Shown here: in pieces, positions 25,653 through 36,999 of the stretch
Layout: every line of letters begins with the position of its first letter
Position numbering within the stretch: the first letter of the stretch is position 1
Assembly: GCA_044232865.1 (NCBI GenBank)
Contig: JBIILC010000001.1
Location: 11,652-75,651, forward strand
DNA length: 64,000 bases
Source: Opitutales bacterium
GTDB taxonomy: Bacteria; Verrucomicrobiota; Verrucomicrobiia; Opitutales; UBA953
Direction: 5' to 3'
Program-made: the position numbers and the translations under genes
The notes under the pieces: model-generated
What the model saw: only the letters and a program-made list of their open reading frames with translations
Database searches by the model: none
Told to the model about the DNA's origin: nothing

Positions 25653-26489
25653 TCATTTGCCCAAGGTCAGGCGATGCAGGTAGGCAGGCGCGAGGGCTGA
25701 AGAGTGTTGGCGGTCGTAGGCGAGTAAGGCCTGCATCGCCAGATCGAAGGAGCCGTAGACCATGTGGAGGATGGCCGCTAGGCGGAGGAGTTTTTCGGCA
25801 GGCAGGCGGTCGAGCGCCATGAAATCCTTCACGTAGACCGCATCGGCCCAGAGCATCTGGCTCAGGCACTGATTGACATCGTTATTCAAGATCAGCGGCT
25901 TGAAGGTGCGACCGGCGACCCCCGCAAACTTGTGGAAGACGAATCCGCTCCGCCGGAGCCGCTGGTCCACCTCGGCGAAGAGCGGCTGACCTTTATACAT
26001 CTCGACGAACTCGACTTCGGTGTGGACGACCAACGCCTCCGCCAAGACCCGATCACCGCCGTTCATGACATCCAATTCCGCCCCCTGCACGTCGAGCTTG
26101 AGGAAATCCACCCCAGTTATCTCGGCAATGTCATCCAGGCGCTTCGTCGCAAACGTATGCTTCTTCACCACTTGCGTCAGGTTCTCTAAGTTCTGAAATC
26201 TGTCTAGTAGCCCGGAATTAGGCTCCAGCAGCGAGGAAGTCATCGGGAAGTTGCACTCGTGAAAAGCGCGCACCGTGCCATCCCCGATCGCGTAGGGCAG
26301 ATAGGCGCGTGACTCACTGGCCATCGCGTTCAGCTTGTCGCACTCGGCTTGCACGCACTCGAAGCCGAGCACGCTGGCGATGCCTGCCTTGACGAGCGGA
26401 TCGTAGATCTCGCCGCCGAGGTCCATGGCGCCGACGTCGATGACCCGGACTTTTCCGAAAGGGGGGAGGATTTCGAGGATGTTGAGCAT
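25653..26489 (-). CDS. FkbM-family methyltransferase
   Basis: VIDVGAMDLGG (SAM-binding glycine motif) and VDFLKLDVQGAELDVMNGG are typical of FkbM. Confidence 0.7.
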   Translation of the reverse strand: MLNILEILPPFGKVRVIDVGAMDLGGEIYDPLVKAGIASVLGFECVQAECDKLNAMASESRAYLPYAIGDGTVRAFHECNFPMTSSLLEPNSGLLDRFQNLENLTQVVKKHTFATKRLDDIAEITGVDFLKLDVQGAELDVMNGGDRVLAEALVVHTEVEFVEMYKGQPLFAEVDQRLRRSGFVFHKFAGVAGRTFKPLILNNDVNQCLSQMLWADAVYVKDFMALDRLPAEKLLRLAAILHMVYGSFDLAMQALLAYDRQHSSALAPAYLHRLTLGK

Positions 26490-26655
26490 GCTTTGGGCGG
26501 GTAGATGATTAGAGGCCAGGAGCGGGCTTGCTCCGAAACGGCCCTTGGCTCGCGACGGAGCTCAGCGGAGGGATGGAATGGCTACCGCCTCCGGGGCGAC
26601 CTGGCAATCTATCGCTTGTCCCAGGCCGTAGGCGCCTCAGCTGAAACGGACCACG

Positions 26656-26684
26656 AAAAAGGGCCGCCCACTGGGCGGCCCTTT
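26656..26684 (-). terminator. intrinsic terminator after eno
   Basis: Minus strand reads aaagggccgccca-g-tgggcggccc followed by ttttt. Confidence 0.75.
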
Positions 26685-26704
26685 GCTTTGCCTATATCCA
26701 GGAC

Positions 26705-28060
<1,356 letters not shown>

Positions 28061-28178
28061 CTAGGGACAAGGGGGGTGGCTGAGCGAGAAAAAAGGTGTT
28101 ACGTTCAGCCGTCCGACCCTGCGGAAAACCCGCCAAACAAGAGCCCCGGACTGGGGTTTCCAGGCCGAGGCTTTGAAG

Positions 28179-28255
28179 TGGTGGGGTTAGATGGACTTGA
28201 ACCATCGACCTCCTGAATGTCAATCAGGCGCTCTAACCAACTGAGCTATAACCCC
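28179..28255 (-). tRNA. tRNA-Val (anticodon GAC)
   Basis: Reverse complement ggggtta-ta-gctcagttggttagagc-g-cctga-ttGACat-tcagg...ggttcaagtcc...taacccc-a-cca. Confidence 0.9.
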
Positions 28256-28304
28256 AATAAAGAGGAAAGTGAACAAAGGGAGACGAACGCCCTCTGGCAA
28301 GCCT

Positions 28305-28799
28305 TCAATGTACGTCCCCGAGATAGGTGGCCGAACCGTCTTTGAGGGCCTTGGCGATGACCTCACCCAAGCCCTTGGGCGAAAGGGGGTAATCCGCCAG
28401 ACGGGCTAACGGCAGCCATTCGAAACCGACCTGCCGACGATCGCGTTCCCGCCCCTCCCCAATCGGGGCAAGGTCCTCACAGAGGCAATGGAAGACGGCC
28501 TCGACTTGATGAAAGTGGCCATGGATTCGATGCATGGCGTGGTTCTTGCCGACGTATTCACGAAGGTACAGGAGACCCTGCGGTACGACCTTCAGGCCAA
28601 GTTCTTCCAGGACTTCGCGGCGCACAGTGTCGCGCAACGTCTCGCCGTGATTCTGTCCGCCACCAGGGAGAACAAGGAACTCCCCTTCTTCGGTACGAAT
28701 GCGGACCGTGAGGATGTCTTCGCCCCGCAGAATGACCGCTCGGGCGGCCGTCCTGACCCCAGAGGAACTGCTACCGGACTGGCGACGAGGAGCGGACAC
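28305..28799 (-). CDS. NUDIX hydrolase
   Basis: Nudix box GGGQNHGETLRDTVRREVLEELG. Confidence 0.8.
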   Translation of the reverse strand: MSAPRRQSGSSSSGVRTAARAVILRGEDILTVRIRTEEGEFLVLPGGGQNHGETLRDTVRREVLEELGLKVVPQGLLYLREYVGKNHAMHRIHGHFHQVEAVFHCLCEDLAPIGEGRERDRRQVGFEWLPLARLADYPLSPKGLGEVIAKALKDGSATYLGDVH

Positions 28800-28864
28800 G
28801 AGGCCACACTACCCAGACAAGCCGGACAGTGAAGCCGTAAAGCGTAGGCGGAAATCCGCCCGAC

Positions 28865-29605
28865 TCAGGACATCAGCTTTTCGTCGATCTCCTGATTGCC
28901 GTGGACCGCCTTCACGTCGTCCAAGGCCTCGAGGGCGTCGATGAGTTCCAGCACCTGCTTGGCCACCGCGGCGTCGCCGACCGGAACAGGGATACTGGAG
29001 ATATAGGCCAGCTCGGCTGACTCCGGCTTGATGGACTTCTCCTGCAAGGCCTTGGAGATAGCATCGAACGCTGAGATCGGGGAAAGTACCTCGAAGTGGT
29101 CGCCGTTGTTCACGACATCTTCGGCACCAACCTCGAGCACGAGCTCCATGAGGGCGTCTTCGCCGATCTGGGAGGCACCGATGAGGAACTGGCCCTTCTT
29201 CAGGAAGCTATGAGACACGGCGCCAGTCTGGGCCATGTTGCCGCCGTTATCGTTGAAGGCCTGCCTGACTTCAGCGGCGGCGCGGTTCTTGTTGTCGGTG
29301 GTGACTTCGACGATGAGCCCGACTCCGCCCGGGGCGTAGCCTTCGTAGACAATCTCTTCGTAAATCACGCCCGGAATCTCGCCGGTACCCTTCTGGACCG
29401 CGCGCTTGATGTTATCCGCCGGCATGTTGGCGGCGCGGGCCTTATCGATCAGCGCACGCAGACGCGTATTGGATTCGGGGCTACCTCCGCCGGCACGCGC
29501 CGCGAGGGTGATTTCCTTGGCGAGAACCGAGAAGATTTTGCCGCGCTTGGCGTCAATGACGGCCTTATGCCGCTTCGTCGTGTGCCATTTACTATGACCA
29601 GACAT
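28865..29605 (-). CDS. yebC: YebC/PmpR family DNA-binding transcriptional regulator
   Basis: MSGHSKWHTTKRHKAVIDAKRGKIFS... is the canonical YebC N-terminus. 246 aa. Confidence 0.92.
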   Translation of the reverse strand: MSGHSKWHTTKRHKAVIDAKRGKIFSVLAKEITLAARAGGGSPESNTRLRALIDKARAANMPADNIKRAVQKGTGEIPGVIYEEIVYEGYAPGGVGLIVEVTTDNKNRAAAEVRQAFNDNGGNMAQTGAVSHSFLKKGQFLIGASQIGEDALMELVLEVGAEDVVNNGDHFEVLSPISAFDAISKALQEKSIKPESAELAYISSIPVPVGDAAVAKQVLELIDALEALDDVKAVHGNQEIDEKLMS

Positions 29606-29626
29606 GGTGGGTGGGGTTAGGGAAAA

Positions 29627-31396
29627 TCAGCCTTTGACCTTCTTCGTCGCGGGCGGGATTACCACGACGTCAGGTTCGTCCTTAGTAAGCCAGGTCTGCA
29701 GAATGGTCAATAGGTTCTGAATCGTCATGTACAGCGTGAGCGCGGCCGGCATCGGGTAGCAGATGATCGGGAACAGCAGCGTCATCATCAGGAAGATCAT
29801 CTTCTGCGAGCCGTCGGCCGAAGGCATCGGCGTCATGCGCATCGATAGCCACATGGTGAGTCCCATGAGCACCGGCAGGATGTTGATGGGGAAGCCGCCA
29901 ATCTCGAAGATGGTGTCGGGTGCCGAGAGGTCATGGATCCAGAGGAACGACTGCAGGCGCAGCTCGACGGTCGTCTGGAAGGCGGTGTAGAGGCCAAAGA
30001 AGATTGGCATCTGGATGAGGATCGGGAGGCAGCCGGCGAACGGGTTGATCTTGTTCTCGGTGTAGAGCTTCATGAGCTCCTTCTGCATCTTCTCGGGATT
30101 ATCCTTAAGCTTCTCACGGATATCCTGCATCGGCTTGGCGAACTTCTGCATCTTCTTCGCGGCTTTCATCTGGATCGCCGTCAAAGGCCAGGTGATGACC
30201 TTAATGAGGCAGGTCAGCAGAACGATGGCCCAGCCCCACGACCAGGATCCGCTCCACTCGAGGAGCCAATGGACGCCGCCGAGGGTGGCGAGGAGCAGCT
30301 TGCAGATGGCACCGAAGGAAATGAAACCGAGCAGCTTCGAGAACTGAAGCACCGCGACCTGGCCATCCGGCAAGGCGGCGACGCGGGCGTATTCTTTAGG
30401 GCCGACGAAGAAGTCACCTTCGAGCGTGCGGGAGAGGTCGGCAGCAGGAACGGTCTCCCAAGAGGCGAAGGCGTGAAGGCTGCGCTTACCGGCTTCCAGG
30501 GGAACAGGAAGGACCATGACTTCGGTGCGTGTACCGCGGGCCTGGGCGTCGCGCGGGTGCACGATGGAGGCGAAGAACTGGTTGCCGGAGGCCACCCAGA
30601 GGAGCGGCTTGGCGACGGAGGCCACCGGGTGCTCGATCTGCGCCTTATGCGAGCCAAGGCCGAAGAAGCCGGAAGAGTCAGTAAACACATCGAGGCCGAC
30701 GCGCGTCAGCTCGTCGCCATCATAGGTGAGCACCGAAAGAAACTGGTTAGCGGAATCGGCTTCGGTCGGCTGCCAGCTCCCGGTCGAAACCCAGATTGAA
30801 GGGGCCGGCTTGCCGGCGACCGGAATCACCTTCGTGGCGAATCGCAGCAAGTGGGCTTCAATCGCCTCGCCGTCTTTAGGGGCGGCGAAAAAGAAGGTGC
30901 GCTCGACGCGGGCGCCATCAAGCGAACCGACGAGCGTGATGGAGTTGGCCGAAGCGCCAGGCTGGGCGACGAATTCGGAGAGGACGGCTTCCAGTTTGCC
31001 GGTCGTCGGATTCTTGACCGCGATTGCCAGAGCAGATTCGTCGTTTCCAGAGTTAAAGGTCACGACCTGGGTCTTGGTGACATCAGCGGATTCCTTCTTC
31101 AGCTCGACCTTCGAGATCGCGCCACCACGACTGCTGAGCGTCACTTTGATACGCTCGTTCTCGATGACGAAGCTCTTGGCGTCGGCACGGGCGACGGGCT
31201 TGGCGGCCTGCGCAGACGGAGCGAGCGAAGTATTGGCCACGGGGTTAAGCGCGGTCGGAGCGGCTGGCGCAGCCTGCACCTGGGCGGCCGGGGCCGGCGT
31301 GGCGCCCGGAGGCGGGGTGGCCGGCTTGGTGAGGAAGAAAAGGGCGAAGGCGCCGACGATGCAGGCCATACCCAGGAAGAAGTTCTTGCGATCCAT
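29627..31396 (-). CDS. yidC: membrane protein insertase YidC
   Basis: N-terminal TM, large periplasmic domain, and a C-terminal 60-kDa IMP core (KMQ...MQ.IREKLKDNPEKMQKELMKLY, NPFAGCLPILIQMPIFFGLY). Start trimmed to ATG 31396. Confidence 0.9.
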   Translation of the reverse strand: MDRKNFFLGMACIVGAFALFFLTKPATPPPGATPAPAAQVQAAPAAPTALNPVANTSLAPSAQAAKPVARADAKSFVIENERIKVTLSSRGGAISKVELKKESADVTKTQVVTFNSGNDESALAIAVKNPTTGKLEAVLSEFVAQPGASANSITLVGSLDGARVERTFFFAAPKDGEAIEAHLLRFATKVIPVAGKPAPSIWVSTGSWQPTEADSANQFLSVLTYDGDELTRVGLDVFTDSSGFFGLGSHKAQIEHPVASVAKPLLWVASGNQFFASIVHPRDAQARGTRTEVMVLPVPLEAGKRSLHAFASWETVPAADLSRTLEGDFFVGPKEYARVAALPDGQVAVLQFSKLLGFISFGAICKLLLATLGGVHWLLEWSGSWSWGWAIVLLTCLIKVITWPLTAIQMKAAKKMQKFAKPMQDIREKLKDNPEKMQKELMKLYTENKINPFAGCLPILIQMPIFFGLYTAFQTTVELRLQSFLWIHDLSAPDTIFEIGGFPINILPVLMGLTMWLSMRMTPMPSADGSQKMIFLMMTLLFPIICYPMPAALTLYMTIQNLLTILQTWLTKDEPDVVVIPPATKKVKG

Positions 31397-31483
31397 GGAA
31401 AGTGAGTGGTTTGGCGTAGGGAAGCCCCCGCCAAGGTGCAAGGCACAAGGCGCAGGTTACCCCTAAACCCTTGTTTTTAGGCC

Positions 31484-31507
31484 GAAAACCGCCGAGCAGT
31501 CCGGCGG
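31484..31507 (-). terminator. intrinsic terminator after pyrE
   Basis: Minus strand reads ccgccg-gactgct-cggcgg followed by tttt, beginning 1 nt after the pyrE stop. Confidence 0.55.
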
Positions 31508-31508
31508 C

Positions 31509-32078
31509 TCAGGAACCCGGCTTGGTCGCCGGAAGCTTCGCCAATTCGACTGGCACGGCATCCGCCGCATACGTCGGGAAGTTTAATTCCAGCAACGACA
31601 CGAAAGGCACGCTAAATTTGGTCTGTCCGGCCGAGCGATCGACGAGCGAGACGACGGCGACAGCGTTGGCGCCGTTCGCCTGAAGGATGTCGAGGCACTC
31701 CTGGGCGCGACCACCTCGGGTGACGACATCTTCGGCGATGATCACCCTCTCACCGGGACGGAAGGTGAAATTGCGGCGGAGCACGAGCTTATCGTTTTCT
31801 TTTTCGACGAAGACGAAACGTACACCGAGCTGGCGAGCGATTTCCTGGCCGACGACGAGTCCGCCCATCGCCGGAGCGAGGACGGTATCGCAAGGGTGCG
31901 CGGCGAGTTTCGGACGGAGCAGTTCGATGAGGCGCGTGACCTTATCCATGTGCTGGCAAACCTGGGCGCACTGGAAGAAGTGGCCGCTATGGAGACCAGA
32001 GCGCAGGACGAAGTGGCCGGTCAGGAGGGCCTTCGAATCACGGAAAATCTGGAGGACTTCTTCTTGGGACGAGCTCAT
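31509..32078 (-). CDS. pyrE: orotate phosphoribosyltransferase
   Basis: 189 aa from ATG 32078. PRPP-binding loop RVIIAEDVVTRGG and HFVLRSGLHS. The longer track ORF (to 32441) has no homology-like N-terminus. Confidence 0.88.
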   Translation of the reverse strand: MSSSQEEVLQIFRDSKALLTGHFVLRSGLHSGHFFQCAQVCQHMDKVTRLIELLRPKLAAHPCDTVLAPAMGGLVVGQEIARQLGVRFVFVEKENDKLVLRRNFTFRPGERVIIAEDVVTRGGRAQECLDILQANGANAVAVVSLVDRSAGQTKFSVPFVSLLELNFPTYAADAVPVELAKLPATKPGS

Positions 32079-32187
32079 ACGGCCTCTGGATAAGGCGAAA
32101 CGGGCCTCCTGGGCGAGGCGATATCCGCCCGGCCACCGCAAAAGGTTCGCCCTGCCCCGCCCACCCACCAACATAACAGACCTCCCC

Positions 32188-33234
32188 ATGGACTCCGCCG
32201 ATAGCCCGAAACCTGCCAGCAACGCCAAGGCCTGGATTATCATCATCGCTGTCGTCCTGATGGTGGTGCCATTCATCGTCCTAGCGCTCCGGAAGAACCC
32301 CGCCCCAGCGCCCATGGTCTGGATTCCCGGCGGCGAGTTCACGATGGGCAGCGACAAAGCCGACGAAAAACACACCGAAGAAGCGCCGGGGCACGCCGTC
32401 GTCGTCAAAGGATTCTGGATGGATGTCACGGAAGTCACCAACGCGCAGTTCCAAGCTTTCGTTGACGCGACTAAATATATTACCGACGCCGAGAAGGACC
32501 TCGACCCGCGTCAGTTCCCTGACGCGCCCCAGGAAATGCTCAAAGGCGGCTCGTTGCTTTTCAAGAAGGTCTCGGGCGTGAACCCGTTCCAGTGCGGCGG
32601 TGCCAATCTGCCTTGGTGGAACTTCACCGCCGGGGCCAACTGGCGTCAGCCCGAAGGCCCGAAATCGTCCATCAAGGAGCGCATGAACCACCCCGTGATC
32701 TGCCTGACCTACAAGGACGTCCAAGCCTACGCGAAGTGGGCCGGCAAACGCCTGCCGACCGAAGCCGAGTGGGAATTCGCGGCACGCGGCGGCCTCAAGG
32801 ATAAACCTTTTGTCTGGGGCGATGAAGAACGCCCGAACGGCAAGATCATGTGCAATCACTGGCAGGGTAAATTCCCCGAGCGTGACAACGGCGTCGACGG
32901 CTTCACGTATGTCGCTCCGGTGAAATCATTTCCGGCGAACGCCTATGGCCTCTACGATATGGCCGGAAACGTCTGGGAGATGTGCGAAGATTGGTATGGC
33001 CTCGAATACTACAAGGTCTCGCCGAAAGATGGCCCCATCGGACCAGCCATCGGCTATGACCCCGAGAAGACCGGCTACGGCCAGCACGTGATCCGTGGCG
33101 GCTCCTGGCTGTGCGACGAAGGCTATTGCTTCCGCTACCGGGCCACGTCGCGCCAAGGCCTCGACACACTCACGTCGACCAACCACGTCGGCTTCCGTTG
33201 TGTCGCTGACCTGCCAGCGCCGTCGGCGAAGTAA
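32188..33234 (+). CDS. formylglycine-generating enzyme (FGE/SUMF1) family protein, membrane-anchored
   Basis: TM anchor AWIIIIAVVLMVVPFIVLAL, then MVWIPGGEFTMGSD, HPV.CLTY.DVQAYAKWAGKRLPTEAEWEFAARGG and RGGSWLC. The track ORF from 31687 is antisense to pyrE and is trimmed. Confidence 0.85.
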   Translation: MDSADSPKPASNAKAWIIIIAVVLMVVPFIVLALRKNPAPAPMVWIPGGEFTMGSDKADEKHTEEAPGHAVVVKGFWMDVTEVTNAQFQAFVDATKYITDAEKDLDPRQFPDAPQEMLKGGSLLFKKVSGVNPFQCGGANLPWWNFTAGANWRQPEGPKSSIKERMNHPVICLTYKDVQAYAKWAGKRLPTEAEWEFAARGGLKDKPFVWGDEERPNGKIMCNHWQGKFPERDNGVDGFTYVAPVKSFPANAYGLYDMAGNVWEMCEDWYGLEYYKVSPKDGPIGPAIGYDPEKTGYGQHVIRGGSWLCDEGYCFRYRATSRQGLDTLTSTNHVGFRCVADLPAPSAK

Positions 33235-33237
33235 GGC

Positions 33238-34524
33238 TTACTTCTTTTCCTGGTAGTCCAGGTCCTTGCCGTAAGTTTCTTCCATCTTCCACAAAGCGAG
33301 GAAGGCGGCACCGAAGCAGATGAGCGCCAGAACACCAGCGGCCTGCGGGGCGCTGAGCCAAGGCTGATCCTTGGTCCCCGTCAGCCACGTGAAGCCCAAG
33401 GTCAGCAAGACCAGGGAGCCGCGCGCGAAATTGGGTACGGTGGTCGCCACGGTGGCGCGGAGGTTCGTGCCAAACTGCTCGGCGGCAATCGTGACGAAGA
33501 TCGCCCAGTAACCCATACCGAGGCCAAGCAGGAAGATGAGCCCGTAGAAACTGGTCGCCGTCCAACCCTGGGTGCCCATCAGATAGACGCCCACGCAGAC
33601 GGCGCTGAAGACAAGGAAGGCAAAGACCGTCTTGCGGCGGGACTTAATTAGCTGGCTGCCGAAGCCGCTGCCGAAGTCGCCAAAGGTGAGGCCGAGATAA
33701 AAGAGCGCCACTGCACGGCTAGACAAGATCGCACCCTCAACGCCCATGGCGGGGGCGAAGTGTGAACCGGCGCGCTGGACGAGGATGCCAATCATGAACC
33801 ACGTAGGCAGACCGATAAGAATGCAACGGGCGTACCGGGCAAAACGGTCACGACTGGTGAACAGGGCGAAGAAATTGCCGCGGGAAATCGAGCCGGCCGA
33901 TTCCGAAGCCTTCGCTTGATGGAACATGCCGGACTCACGCACACCGACCCGCATGGCTAGCAAAGCTAAGCCCAGACCGCCACCGATGAAGAAGTTGGTC
34001 CGCCAGGTCACGACCTCGGCCATCAGGCCTGCCACGACGGCGCCGAAGACACCTACGGTGGCCACCAGCGCGGTACCGTAGCCGCGTCGTTCTTTGGAGA
34101 GGGATTCCGACACGAGCGCGATGCAGCCGCCGAGCTCGCCCGCGAGACCGATGCCGGCGATGAAGCGCCAGGTCGCATAGGCCTCGAAGCTGTTGACGAA
34201 ACCATTGGCGATGTTGGCCAGGGAATAGAGCAGGATGGAACCGAAGAGGGTCGTGAGACGGCCCATGCGGTCGCCGAGGATGCCGAAGAAGATACCACCG
34301 AGGAGCATGCCGGCCATCTGCCAGGACATCAGGTCGTGATACCACTGGCCGCCCGTGATGAGGTGTCCAAGCCCGAGATCCTTCAGGCTCTGCTCGCGCA
34401 CGGTCATGAACAGCGTGAGGTCGTAGATATCGACGAAGTAGCCGAGCGCCCCGACGATGACGGCGGGATGCAGGAGATCCTTCCAGAGGGGGCGTTGCTG
34501 GTCCGGAGAAATAGAGGTACTCAT
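33238..34524 (-). CDS. MFS transporter
   Basis: 12-TM profile and the GILGDRMGR loop motif. Confidence 0.8.
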   Translation of the reverse strand: MSTSISPDQQRPLWKDLLHPAVIVGALGYFVDIYDLTLFMTVREQSLKDLGLGHLITGGQWYHDLMSWQMAGMLLGGIFFGILGDRMGRLTTLFGSILLYSLANIANGFVNSFEAYATWRFIAGIGLAGELGGCIALVSESLSKERRGYGTALVATVGVFGAVVAGLMAEVVTWRTNFFIGGGLGLALLAMRVGVRESGMFHQAKASESAGSISRGNFFALFTSRDRFARYARCILIGLPTWFMIGILVQRAGSHFAPAMGVEGAILSSRAVALFYLGLTFGDFGSGFGSQLIKSRRKTVFAFLVFSAVCVGVYLMGTQGWTATSFYGLIFLLGLGMGYWAIFVTIAAEQFGTNLRATVATTVPNFARGSLVLLTLGFTWLTGTKDQPWLSAPQAAGVLALICFGAAFLALWKMEETYGKDLDYQEKK

Positions 34525-34534
34525 GAAGACGGGG

Positions 34535-35956
34535 TTACGCCTTCAGACCGTGCAGATTGGCCATGGAAATGCCAGACAACATTGCCCCGGTAACCCCCAG
34601 AAAACCTTGGTCCGTGCCGATTAGGAAGAGATTCTCAAGGTCGGTCCGGCCGTCGCGCCGCTTCACGGTCGAGCCGTAGATGGCGCCGTTGAGATGCCCC
34701 GTGAACTTACGGACGGTCCGCGGCGTGAAGACATCCGTCGAGGTCTGCGCGGCATCATGGGTCGCGTCGGCGACGGCCGGAAGATGGGCGCGGGCGACGC
34801 GATTAAGGCGGCCGCACCACTCCTGCTTGCGCGCCTGATACTCTTCCTCGGGTAGCGCGCACCAGGCGTCGTGGTTGGCCAACGAAGTCACCCTCAGCCA
34901 GCCTTCGTCCAACGCCCTGCCCTCGCCGTACTCATAGTTGTTCGGGATGCAGATCACGCCGGAACGCGGGTCCACTAATTCTTTGGGCGCGCGATAGCTG
35001 AAACGCTCAGCGTCACAGAAGAAGACGATGGTGTCTTTCCAGCCAAAGCCAGCGAAGGCCGCCGGGTCGTAGGTCGCAATAGTCTCGGCGTAACCGAGGC
35101 GGCCGACGGCTTCGGCGCCGGCGGTGGGCGCCGCATCGGAACGTAAACGCATGGTCTCGACCGCTCCGGCCGAAGAATAAACCGCGCCGGCGGTAACTTC
35201 GGTGCCGTCGTCCAGAATGAGCGCAGCGGCGCGACCGGCACGCACTTCAATTTTCATGACGCCGCACTTCATGCGCCGCTCCACGCCGTGCTCGCGGCAA
35301 CGGTCGGTAAGCAGACGGATGACCTGTCGTACGCCGATGAAAGGCCGCGCGAAGCCTTCGCGGAAAAGCGAGCGCCACATCACGGCGAACTGCGAGACCT
35401 CGATGTCATCCTCCAGCGCGCTGCCGTAGAAGCAGGTCGGCAAGAGCAACATATCGCGGAGTAATGGGTCGCCGAGACGTTCGTCGAGCAAGGCGCGAGC
35501 CGAGCCGCCGTGGGCCTCAAGCGCGGCTTCATCTAGCCCGGCAATCCAGGCGTCGAGCGCGCGGAAGCGGTCAACCGACTTTGGGAATTCGCGGGCGACG
35601 TCGGCCAGCAGGGATTCGTAGTCGTTATTGAGCCGCAGATTCTTCCCGGCCATCGTGACGCGGGAGCCCAGCTGCGGACATAGGTCGAGTTCCTCGCGAC
35701 GGATACGGAGCTGGCGCATCAACTTGACCAAGGGCGCACCCTTGGTGCCTTCAGGCACCCAATTCGTCAGGGCGTGCAGGCCGACATCATACTTCCGCTT
35801 GCCGCGGGCGTAGAAGGAATTGAGGCCGCCGGCGGCGTTGTGCCGCTCGAGTACCAGGACCTTGCGACCGAACATTCCCAGCCGGACCGCGGCAGCGAGG
35901 CCAGACATGCCGGCTCCGATGATGACGGCGTCGTAATGGGAGGGGGAGCTGGACAC
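34535..35956 (-). CDS. NAD(P)/FAD-dependent oxidoreductase (phytoene-desaturase/amine-oxidase-like)
   Basis: Dinucleotide fold YDAVIIGAGMSGLAAAVRLGMFGRKVLVLERHNAAGG. About 470 aa, typical of the CrtI/CrtD-like family. Confidence 0.7.
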   Translation of the reverse strand: MSSSPSHYDAVIIGAGMSGLAAAVRLGMFGRKVLVLERHNAAGGLNSFYARGKRKYDVGLHALTNWVPEGTKGAPLVKLMRQLRIRREELDLCPQLGSRVTMAGKNLRLNNDYESLLADVAREFPKSVDRFRALDAWIAGLDEAALEAHGGSARALLDERLGDPLLRDMLLLPTCFYGSALEDDIEVSQFAVMWRSLFREGFARPFIGVRQVIRLLTDRCREHGVERRMKCGVMKIEVRAGRAAALILDDGTEVTAGAVYSSAGAVETMRLRSDAAPTAGAEAVGRLGYAETIATYDPAAFAGFGWKDTIVFFCDAERFSYRAPKELVDPRSGVICIPNNYEYGEGRALDEGWLRVTSLANHDAWCALPEEEYQARKQEWCGRLNRVARAHLPAVADATHDAAQTSTDVFTPRTVRKFTGHLNGAIYGSTVKRRDGRTDLENLFLIGTDQGFLGVTGAMLSGISMANLHGLKA

Positions 35957-35999
35957 GGGGGTAAGGTCTCAGAAGTCGCCGACAGGTCAAGCGACGCCC

Positions 36000-36998
36000 T
36001 CAGGGCGTGGTGATGCGGATGACCTCCTCCGCCGCATGCGTGACCTGTTGGGCGGTGATGCGGGCGAGGGCGCGATCCATGCGCGCCAGATAGTCGGCGC
36101 GGAGTTCGCCTGCGAACATCGTGGTATCGACGCGGACCACTCGTTGGACCGTACCCCACGGACGGGCGCGGGCGTAATCGGAGGGCCCGAAGACGCCCAC
36201 CACTGGCGTGCCGACCGCCGCGGCGAGCTGTAAGACAGAGGAATCCGCGCCGAGGAAGAGGCGTGACTCCTTGATAAGCCGGGCGAGCTGCGAGAAGCGG
36301 AGCCGGCCGCCAGTCGACATCGCCACGGGCCCGATCAGGCCGCACAGGGCCTCGGCCATGATACGCTCCGCGCCACCGGGTCCGGCCGAGATGACGATAC
36401 GTTCGACCGCGCGGGAAGCGATGAGCTCGCGGGCGACCGCGGCCCACTTGTCGATCTCGAGGATGCGCTCAGGGCGCGTCGCGCCAGGGTGAATGACCGC
36501 GAAGCGTCCTTCCTCCAGCATCATGCCGTGCTCCTGCATGCGCGACGGGGCGAACCACATCGCCGGCGTCTCGGCATGGAAGCCTAGGACGCGCGACATC
36601 ACCTCATGATCACGGGCGGCCTCATGGGGGTCGACGACGGCCCCGAAGACCTGATGATGCATGAGCGGACGAAGGAAGAAGGGCGCATGCCCGCCGCAGG
36701 CCCGTACGCCTGCGCCGCTGAGCGCCACGAGGCGGTTGGCCAACCAATGGCCGCCCAGCGCGATGGCGATGTCGAAACGCTGCCGACGAAGCCGGGAGAT
36801 GAGGGCCAGATGAGAGCCTTCCGGACCAAAGCCGATGGTCTCGACGACGGCGGGACAGCCTTCGAGGGCCGGCTCGGAACCGGGAGAAGTGACGAAGGTG
36901 ATCTGAGCGCCGGGATGCCGCTCGCGGATCGTGCGCAGACCCGCCGTCGCGGCCAACGCGCCGCGCAGTCCGGTGAACTTGACGACCAGCAGGCGCAT
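36000..36998 (-). CDS. glycosyltransferase family 9 (heptosyltransferase-like)
   Basis: MRLLVVKFTGLRGALAATAGLRTIRERHPGAQITFVTS and GADSSVLQLAAAVGTPVVGVFGPS are GT9 patterns. ATG 36998 lies 1 nt after the upstream stop. Confidence 0.72.
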   Translation of the reverse strand: MRLLVVKFTGLRGALAATAGLRTIRERHPGAQITFVTSPGSEPALEGCPAVVETIGFGPEGSHLALISRLRRQRFDIAIALGGHWLANRLVALSGAGVRACGGHAPFFLRPLMHHQVFGAVVDPHEAARDHEVMSRVLGFHAETPAMWFAPSRMQEHGMMLEEGRFAVIHPGATRPERILEIDKWAAVARELIASRAVERIVISAGPGGAERIMAEALCGLIGPVAMSTGGRLRFSQLARLIKESRLFLGADSSVLQLAAAVGTPVVGVFGPSDYARARPWGTVQRVVRVDTTMFAGELRADYLARMDRALARITAQQVTHAAEEVIRITTP

Positions 36999-36999
36999 C

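Noticed and set aside
26490-26704. SRP-RNA-like or other ncRNA in the 215-nt eno/FkbM intergenic region
   Set aside because: The minus-strand ccaggtcgccccggaggcggtagcca superficially resembles the 4.5S helix-8 region, and several 6-bp hairpins are present. The apical loop is not GNRA, the AGCA-type symmetric-loop residues are missing, and no long closing helix is evident. It most likely holds only the eno terminator and the FkbM promoter/leader.
31509-33234. N-terminal extensions of track ORFs:
- pyrE to 32441
- FGE from 31687
- Gfo to 50756
- second NanM from 18389
- GT9 to 37097
- EamA to 56575
- TIM barrel to 51721
- SGDH to 2489
   Set aside because: The extensions are Arg/Pro-rich or overlap neighbouring genes. 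Internal ATGs give canonical N-termini (signal peptides, Rossmann folds, known family starts) and tidy intergenic spacing.
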